DNA of 64,000 nt from Paramoeba atlantica (Eukaryota > Protista > Discosea): assembly GCA_977017575.1 (NCBI GenBank), contig CDRNVI010000207.1, forward strand, positions 3,984 to 67,983, read 5' to 3'. The notes beneath the pieces are model-generated. The model was not told the DNA's origin, searched no databases, and saw only the letters and a list, made by a program, of their open reading frames with translations. This document shows positions 51,488 to 61,000 of this stretch, piece by piece (positions within the stretch are counted from its first letter, which is position 1; each line of letters opens with the position of its first letter). The translations under genes and the position numbers were made by a program.

Positions 51488-53499
51488 GTGGAAGTTTTGG
51501 AATTTCTCACTATTTTTGGCCCCAAAACCTTACAGTTTGGCCCCAAAACCTTCAAGATTTTCAACACAAAATGGATCAGCAATCAATTTGTAGATCTTGA
51601 TGAAATCCACAGTCTTGAGGACCTCTACAGCCTTCGAAACATTTTTGGTGCTTCAACCCCTCCAGAGGTGGCAGAAACTCAGGCAATACAAAATTTACAG
51701 AAGCTGAAACCTGAGGATTTTGAAATCTGTGTAGACTACAATTGGGTTTTCCTCAATTTTGCCAACAAAACAAAATTGCCAGTTAAAAATGTTTAAAAGA
51801 TTTATGCTGGGAAGCTCCCTTTCAACCCTAATGAGGTGTCAAGAATAGTAAAACACAATTCAGGGAACAACATGAAATTTATGGAATGGTTGAAGGACAA
51901 GGAGTATGTGGACAGAGTGTGGCAGAAAGCGAAATCAGAATCCAAGTCTTCAAGCTTAAGGAATGGGGATCCTGACCAATATGCAGTGGTGAACACTCTT
52001 TTGAAACAGTCAGATGCAATGCAAGCAGTTTTGCAGAAGGGGACCCCTTTTCGATGTTCATTTTGTGGGCTGTCACAACATTCCATCTCAGATTGTCAGT
52101 ACAAGGCAAATATTGAGACTCTCCAAAAACAACAAATACAACAAGCACAACAAGCTCTTCAGCAGCAAATCCAACAATCTTCTCAGCAACAATTTCAACA
52201 ATCTCCGGCACAACAATTTCCCCAAGGACAATTTCAACAATCTCCAGTGCAACAATTTCCCCAAAGACAATTTCAACAATCTCCTGTGCAACAGTTTCCA
52301 ACAGTTCTATCTGCATCCTGGTCAAGTGGACAACCAAACTCTTTTCAATCCCCAACAGGAAGAGGGAGGATTTGTGACTTTTGTAGGAAATCTGGACATG
52401 ATGTGGAAGATTGTTACTCACAACACCGAGGCTGGGGCCAAGGATGTGGTAGAGGTCAGTTTGGTTCTTTTCAAGGGAAGTGCTTCACATGTGGTGCCTT
52501 GGAACATAAGGCTATGCATTGTCTGAAATCTGGTGCAGCTGGACCTCTATTTGAAAACACACCCCTAACAACAGCATTAACCCAACAAAATCCAAGACAA
52601 GCTGGCATCTTACCAACACCCCAAGCCGTAACACATCAACCACCTGAGTTTCGGAATCCAAGCACAACTGTGAGAGCAATCCAACCAACCCCTGGTACAA
52701 CATTTCTTCCTATACAACCAACTGGGACCAACAATACTCCTGTCACACCTTGTCAGGCAATACAATACCAACAACCTCAGGAAGCCTTACCACAACTTGA
52801 GCAAGCTCTTACTCAATCTCAACCACTGGCATCACAACCTCAATCCCACACTCTTGCTCAATTACAACAACTTCTCCTTGATTCCCAACAAACAACCGGT
52901 CGACTCAATCCTCAAATCCTTCAAAGGCAACAACAACTAATTTTGGATCAAACACAACAACAGCAATAGTTACAGGGACAGCAACCTCAACAACCTCGAA
53001 CTCAATCAATAGAACAGGATTTTCGGCCTGGGGGCACAGGGGACACCCCCTCATAAAATCTCCTCATTTAGCTTCCACAGATTTTGTACAATTCTCTCAA
53101 CAATCTTCTTTCAGGTTTTCTCAATTTTCTCAGCTCTCTCAACTGGTTCAACAAGTTCCTCAACAACCTTCTCTTGAATCTCTGCAATTCTCTCAATCTA
53201 CTCGACCTGCTCAACAAACTCCTCGACAATCCTCTCTCGAATCTTCTCAACTCTCTCAACCTTCTCAATCTCCTCTTTTGGTTTCTCAACAATCTCCATG
53301 TCAAACCTCTCAATTTCCCCAATCTGAAGTGCAACTTCCCCTGACTTGTGCTGCACCACCTGCTCAACCAAATTCAATCGTAAAACGAAAGAAAAGAGAG
53401 CAGAAAAAGCAAAAGAAAGATCAAGAGAAACGAAAAACTGATTTTCACTGCAAAATCTGGGTCCAAAAACGTGAAAGAAACACGGGGAGAAAGGCCTAA
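51488..53499 (+). CDS. gag: gag-like protein with three CCHC zinc knuckles and Q/S/P-rich tail, antisense to gypsy-C pol (broken by stops and a frameshift)
   Basis: Capsid-like LQKLKPEDFEICVDYNWVFLNFA. Zinc knuckles CSFCGLSQHSISDC, CDFCRKSGHDVEDC and CFTCGALEHKAMHC. ORFs 51488-51796 and 51836-52969 are in the same frame, separated by a TAA. Confidence 0.82.
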
Positions 53500-53583
53500 A
53501 AAACACATAGCCACTTTAGAAGGAGAAGAATCAAGAAAAACAATCCTTGATAAATCGGAGCACAATTAGTCTCACTAAAGTTA

Positions 53584-53595
53584 CCGGGAGCACCA
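53584..53595 (-). promoter_or_regulatory. Primer-binding site of gypsy C (TGGTGCTCCCGG)
   Basis: Starts 1 nt after the LTR end and is complementary to a tRNA 3' end ...CCGGGAGCACCA. Confidence 0.7.
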
Positions 53596-54619
53596 GTGAG
53601 GAGGGGAGCAGAATCAATAGAGAAAACAAGAGAAAAGAAAGAGAAACAGAAACTCTGGATCAAAACCTTTATGGAAAAGATCCCCAGCCAACACAAACAG
53701 AACAAGAAAACAACAACAAAAAAACAGAAAAGCAAGAAGAAGAACAACAAAAGGAATCACAACTGAGAAGAGCACAGAATCGCTGAAACTCAACTCAAAT
53801 CGGAATCCCAAGTCTACACAGCAACTAAAGAAGGAAGAAAACAACAAAAGATGATAACAACAAAAGAAGAGAACAGAAAGCAAGCAAGGCAAGCCAAAAG
53901 ATCACAAAGGAAAGCAAAGAGAGAGAGAGAAAGCAACAAGAAAGCAGAAAGAAAGCAAAAGGTGGCAAAGTGGCAAGAAAAAAGGGCAAAAACGTGAATG
54001 TGAAAACTGAATAAAAGGAGTGCTAAAAATCTCATGATTTTGGCTAAAATTACGATAAAATGGCACGCAGCTGTCTGTGAGGCTCAGGGCTCTCCGAAAG
54101 GACCAAAACTCATGATAAAAGGTATCAAGGAAGCTTAGGGAAGGCTCAGGGAAGCTCAAGGAACTGAAAAGGCACTGAAAGGCACAACTTCTGTGTTGGA
54201 AGCAGGTTTCACCTCAATAAATTGTCATTTTGTTGAAATTGGATTTGGAGTAAAGGATTGAAATTTTGTTAGAATTGTTGGAGTGATTGAATAGAAAGTA
54301 TTTAATAGAAAGTTTAGTTTTATAGAACTGATTAAAAATCGTAATTTGGTTGGGTTTGAAAAGATTAAGAAAGTGGAAGTTGAATTATTGTTTGTGGAGT
54401 TGAAAATATTTTATAAAAAGTTAGTTTTTGTTGAGAAAAAAATAGATTAAATTAAATTTGAATGACTTAAAGTATTGGTGGTAGTTGATTTTAAATAAAA
54501 AGATAGGAATTTGTTACTTCTTCTTCAAATGGAACAAAGGTGGAATTTGATTGAAAAAACTAAAGTAGTAATTGTTGAATTATAGATTTGTTTTGATCTA
54601 TTGAATAGGAGGAAGTAGA

Positions 54620-55490
54620 ATTAGAGTAGAATTGTTGAACATAGTCAAATGTTGGTTTTGAAATCATTGGTTCAAAAGTTAGTGAATTAGTGTTTAATTG
54701 TAATTGTTTCATTTTTATTGAAGGAGAGTGGAGTATTAATGAACTGAAGATAGGTTTTTCAGGTTGTAAGAATTGGTTAGTTTTAGTTGATAAAAGAGAT
54801 TGTTGAAGTTTTGATGATTAGGAAAGTGGGAAATCTTGTAGAGATGAGGTTGCTGATAATGAGTGATCAGTTTTCTTATTTATGTTGGCTTTTTTTTACT
54901 TTTTTTTATTTGAAAGGGAATTAAAAATGTAATCTTCTAAATGATTGTGTTGTGTGGAATGTAGGGAAGGTTTTAAAGTTTGTTTCTTATTATTTTAAGA
55001 ATGTGTAATCTGAGGTTGCTTGGGGATCATCAAGGAAAGAGGAGAGGTTTCTTGGGCTGATTTTTCTTTCTTTTTATGCTTTGGCATTTCCTTTCCTTGC
55101 TAAAACTCCTTTGAGGCTTTTTGGTTGGTTGATTTTTGCTAAGAGAAATGATAATCAGTGTTCAAAGTCTTGATAAAAAAGTAATCAAAACTTGGAAAAA
55201 GAGAATCCACTCTATTCAATTAAATATTTTCTTTAATCAATAGTGTTGAGTAAATGAATTCAAAAACATTTCTTGAATTGAGTGATTTGAAGGGGTTTAA
55301 CTTCTCTAAAATTATTTAACTAGTTGTAGGGAAATTATTTTCTTAAATAGAAATGAAAACTTCATTCAGCAATGAATCAAAGAGTTTTTTTTTACTCAAA
55401 ACCAGCAAATAATTTTTTAGAAGTAGAAGTGGATAGAGTTAGTGATGTTAATGGATTCTATGGTTCATCATAAGAATTACTTCCAACAAA
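54620..55490. repeat. Unclassified repeat D, copy 2 (halves in swapped order)
   Basis: See the 42060-42880 feature. Confidence 0.65.
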
Positions 55491-58051
55491 AAGATTTCTT
55501 TGATTTTGAAAGAGTAAGTAGAGTTGGAGCAAGCAAAAATATCTTTGTTTCTCCTAACTACAGAGGGTTTCAACTTAACCAACAAGTAGTTTCTTTTCAT
55601 TGAAGATAAGAGGCCTTAAAAGAGGAGAGAAAGTTTTGTTATTTTACAAATTCTATAATTTTCTAGGATCCAAATACCAAAAGGAACTTTCTTCAAGAAC
55701 CTCTTCTCAAATCCAGAACTGAGGGTGGTAAATTGAAGACTCATCAATTCCTGAGCTAACTTTCCAGTAAATTGATGAAAAAAAGTAACCTTCTTTTTTG
55801 TTTGTTTACTAAAGTTAAAATATTTTTTTTTCTTAGAGTTAATTTGAGGAGAGTTTGTATCCACTTTTATTATAGTTTTGAAGGTGGGGGAGATTCATAC
55901 CAACTATGATATTCACTTCAAAAAATCCAATAGGAATCACCACAATAATTTGAGTATTTAACATAACTGGGGTAAAATGCTATGTTGCAATCACAATAAT
56001 TGAACCCTATGATTTTTTTGTTGTTGAAAAATTTTAAAAAGAAGTGGTGATTAAATATTTCAAATGTAATTTATAGAGTAAGTAGGGCAAAAAATTTGAG
56101 GAATTTAAGAAAAATGGATTGCTTTCAAAACACTTATAAGATTTTACAAGAATTGAACATTTCTTAGGAAAACTTATCAAAGCAAATCTAATTGAAAATT
56201 TGGAATTTAAAAATTGAAGAAAGTGAAGGAAATCATAGTATTTTTGAGTTTAAAGAAAGTAGAGTTCATTTTTGAGGCTATTTTCTCACATTTGATCACA
56301 TGATTACATGTTGAATGCATTCCTATTTGAATTGTTACTTCTAGGAGATTCCTTCCAAAGCTCAAAGAAAGGCCTTTACCTCTTTTGATTTTGCTTTTTT
56401 GATGAAAGGATTGAAAATCTTTTAGTTTGACAATGAATTAGAAGGGGAGTTAAATAACAAATGGGATTGGAAAGGTTGACTTCAAATTTATTTAGAATTA
56501 AATGATAAATTCAAAATTTTGGAACAACTTTCAGATCAATCAGATGGGTTTTTGAAGCACTTGAATTTATTGGTTGAGGAAAATCTTTTAAATGTCTTTT
56601 CTGGGAATTTATACATTTCATCTCAGAGTGGTCATAATAACATATTTTTTTACTCTCAGGTAGCTTCAGAAGAGGAGATTTATGAAATGTTAATTTTTCA
56701 ATCTTTGCTTCTCTCTTTGAACCTCCTTCTATCAAAATATAAACAAAATACTCAGGAGTGAAACTTCATAGCTTTTGGACTTTATGAAATTCAAAACTCT
56801 TTAATGGAGAATATCACTTGATGAAATGGATAATTAGATTAAAACAGAATTCAAACTTTTTTGTAAAACAAATTGGAATGTATAAGAAATTTTAAATAAC
56901 TTGGAAGAAAACAGGAAAAAATATGAGAGTTCAACTTCTAATGAAATATACTCAACAAATTTGGATTAGAAGAGATCATGGAACCTTCCTCCATAAAGAT
57001 GCTTCAAACTTCAGTTTGTTATTTTGCTAATATTTGAGTTTTGATTGGAGGGAAAGTGATTGTAGTATTGGTTTCTTAAACTTCAAATTCTTTGGAAAAA
57101 TTCACCAAAATCTGCAATAACTCTTCATACTTGTTATTACTTTTACATGAGTTTGCCACTTGATTTAGGGTTGAAAATGATGGGTGTGTCTTTTATTAAT
57201 CATAAAAAAAATCAAATCCTTTGAAAAACTAAATAAAAAGAAAGCAACACACAAACCAAAGCTCTTAAAAAAATTGATTAAAGTGAAATTGATAAAAAAC
57301 TTTTAAATTTTATTTCTCATCACCATTTTCTTTCAAGAAAATTTCAATTTCAAGATTATACATTTATGTGAGGAAAAAGTCTTCTTGAGCAGCTTAAATC
57401 AATTTTAAGTCTATTATCACTTTATTTCTTTGATTTAAATTTATTTAAATTGCTTGAATTTCTTATGGAATATTCAAAGAGATTTGATATTAATTTGCTA
57501 AAAAAAAATTGTATTGAAAATGAAGTCCAGTTGTAAGAACTTTAATGTTTAAATTTGCAAAACTTTGTTGATTACTCTGATAGAAGTGTATACAATTCAA
57601 GTAATGGATTTGCTCCCTAGCTTTTGTTGCTCAAGGTTGCAAATTCCCAAACTAATAATATGTATCTGTTGTGTAAGCTTCCAGAATATGAAAATAAATT
57701 CATCAGATAGAACCTATCTCTTCTCTCCAATCCATAAAGCTTTCCTTCCAAGAACCAATTTTTTTTTCAAAATTAATGGTGACTGTTTCATGATTTAACC
57801 CTTTTGAGGGATCACTTGTTAGCATTTGAAAACATTTTCAAAAAGTAATTTACAATAATATTGTGGATGGTTGATTTGGATTGTAATAAAAGATTTTTTT
57901 GATATTCTTCAATACTTGCTGCATTTGAGTGCTCATGTATCATTCCAATTTTCAATTTCCATCATTATCAACTTAGAATTAAAAAGAAATTTTGCATTTA
58001 GAAAATACAAAGACCAGCAACTTCAATAATTTGGTTTTCAATGAGTAATTC

Positions 58052-61000
58052 TTTTTTTTTTTTTGAAGCAAACTTTATTCAATTAGTAGTTTTTAATTTA
58101 AGCCATTTGAATTACATTAAATGTGAAGTGGCCAGGAGTTTGGAGAAGGAAAGAGTGGGCAGGTGAAGGAAAGAAGGAAAGGGAAGAAAGGGAAAAGAAA
58201 GAAAGAGAAAAGTCAAGAGCAAATCATGGGAAAGATTGGTGGCGCATTGCAAGGGGAAACCAACCAAGTAAGTTTATTCCTTTTACCAACAAACAAAAGA
58301 AGTATTCATATGGGACAACAAATATAACAAGTGTGGAATTGACAAGAAGCAAAACAGAATGAAAGACAAAAACACACAAGAAAAAGGACACGGTGGAGAG
58401 ATTAAATCACAGATAAATGTTATAGAACACAGGATTAATTGACATAAAGATTATATAAAATAGACAAATAAGATGGTGTGAAAATATTAAGGAAACAACT
58501 TGATTTCAGAGTGAGAACTGGGTGGGAAGAGCTCAGATGAGAGAGACAGGAATACATGCAGAATCAGAACAGTTTGTACAGTCTTACAAATGTTCATCAG
58601 GGATATTCACACAACAGGGGAGCACAGTGGTGTACAAAGAGAAACAGATTAATTTGCACAACATGGAATCAGTTCACACCAGAATTCTGACATATCCTTT
58701 CAAATGAATATGTTTCACATAAATCAGAAGAAGGAATTTCACAACACATCAGAAATCAAGAACAATTAAAGCAAAGCAGCAAGACAAATGGGATTTACAT
58801 TTAACACAGCAAATCAAAATGAAACGTACAGACAAAGACCCATCATTGAACCAAATATCAAGCCATCAAGAAAATCAAAATAAATCACAAAATCACAAGA
58901 ACAAAGATCAGTCGAACAGAATAGAAAAACATAAGGGATTGGTGCAGAAGCAATTAATAATCCAAAACATATTACTTTGAAGCAAAAGAGGGATCGACAC
59001 AAGAGCACAAGAGATAATCAGAGAACTTAAGGCATGGACATAGAGAACAAGACAGAAAAATTCAATTCAGGAATTCAAAAATAATACAACCCAGAAAAGA
59101 AGAAATCGATCCAACAAAAACAGCAGGGAAAAGGAAGAGAGGGATTTGTGTTCACTACTGGAGACACAGGTGGTGCATTGAATTCTCAGAAATGCTATGT
59201 TCACTCATCATTGAGTGAGGATTGGAAGGAAGAAAGGATAAGTGTTCAACAGGAATCACTATTGCATAGTTCCTCTGGGTATGCTACATTTACTCATCAT
59301 TGAGAGAGGAAGGTGCTGAAGATGTTGAAAAGAAGAATCTTTCAGAGAGAAGCAAAACAAGTCATCATAAGATGAATCAGTGAGATTGAGAGTAGAAAAT
59401 CAAAATGATTTCAACAGAAACAAAGAAATCAAAAGTCCAGCAGAAATTATTAAGGTGTCACAAGCTTCAGAGATGATTGGGAACGGTCAAGAAGGACATT
59501 GGACAGAGAGCAACAGGAATGAAGTGCAACAACAACAAAAAAGACAAAAAAAGATCATCCAGAATAGTGCTGAAAACATGGTTCAGAGGCAAAGCATTCC
59601 AGGTATGCATTTCCAAAATTCAGGGGATGAATTTTCAAAGATAAATCACACATCACGTATGTAGAAACAAATATGTTGTCACACAAAGGATAAATGTTGA
59701 TCAAATCAACAAATGTTACAATTGCATTGAGATTTGAGAAGAGAGGTGAGAAGAACACAAGCCGAAAGAAGAACATTGAGGAAAAATATCATGGGGCCAG
59801 TGAAAATCCATTGCAAGGGTGAGAAAAACAAAGACTCAGAGAATCAGAGAAAATAAAACTCAGAACTCCCTTGAAAGAACAAAGACGAGGCAATGGAGTC
59901 ACAAAAGAACAAAGAGGGGACATGAGAACTCCCTTCAAAGGTAACAGGTGTCTCAAAAGCAAAGTAACATTGGAGGGCATTGTCTAAGGGATTGCAAAGA
60001 CAAAAGCAGTCATCAAATTGCAGGCAGAACAGAAAAAAATGGGATAGCAATCTCCAAAAATGATGATAACATCGAAACAGGGGAAGAAGGAACAATATTC
60101 ACAATCAACCATAAAACAAGAGAGAATTGGAGAGCAAGAACCAGATCAAAAGATTAAATTGCACAACAATAATTTGACGAGAATAAACTATAGGGAATAA
60201 CAAAGGAAATCGAATAATACCAAAATGTTTTTAGGTGAAGCCAAGAAATTAGTCACGAGTCACACGAACACTCCCTTCCAATTTGATATTTTGATCTCAT
60301 CACAATAAGGGCATTTCAAAACAAGAGAAAGTATTAACCATCAAATCGCAAAACCGAATCGACAGAGGAAATCCAAAATCAACTTATCAAAGACCAAGAA
60401 AAGACTTAATTCCAATAAATCAACCAATAATTAGAATAGGGTGTAAATGGTGCAAGATGCTCAATGGAACTTGCTGAAAATAAAGCCATTACAAATCAAA
60501 TTCAAGAATCGGCGTCATTACCAGAGAATAAACAAAAACATGAGACTATGACAGAGGAAAATGCGAATCGAGGTTTCTCAAAGAGAAAAGAAATTTAGAA
60601 CAGAGAGTATCAATGACAAGAGAGAAGCATCAGCGATCAAGTCAACTTCAAAACAAACAGATCAAATTAGAAAGGTCATAACTTGAGGGAAAGTGCAGTA
60701 ACCAAAATCAAAACAGCTTCAGGGGTGGTACATCCAAAATTACACAAACACAATTTTTTAATGGAACACCCTTCCAACACCAAAATGGGTTTCAAAATTC
60801 AAGTAGGAGTATCCGAGAGGGGAATCCAAGTGAAAATAAAGTCCAGAATTGAAATCACAAAAGGTAAGAGGAAGGTATAAATCCGACAATTTCAAAGCAA
60901 GGAAGGAAATCAGGAGAATTTCCATCATCAACCAGAAACAAAAGAACAAAAAGAATTGTCCCAAGGCATCAATCCAAGAATGACAAATTCAGAATGACAT

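Larger units (their letters stand above)
43510..54219 (-). mobile_element. Ty3/gypsy element C with chromodomain (5' LTR 53597-54219, PBS, antisense gag, tandem array, PR-RT-RH-IN-CHD); 3' LTR not seen
   Basis: The LTR matches the solo LTR at 30966. PBS TGGTGCTCCCGG on the minus strand. pol motifs as listed under the pol feature. Confidence 0.85.

Noticed and set aside
59140-60730. DTGG (protease-like) and NQNSFRGG (LINE-RT-like) peptides within the non-coding LTR element
   Set aside because: Isolated short matches among many stop codons; no downstream RT or protease motifs.
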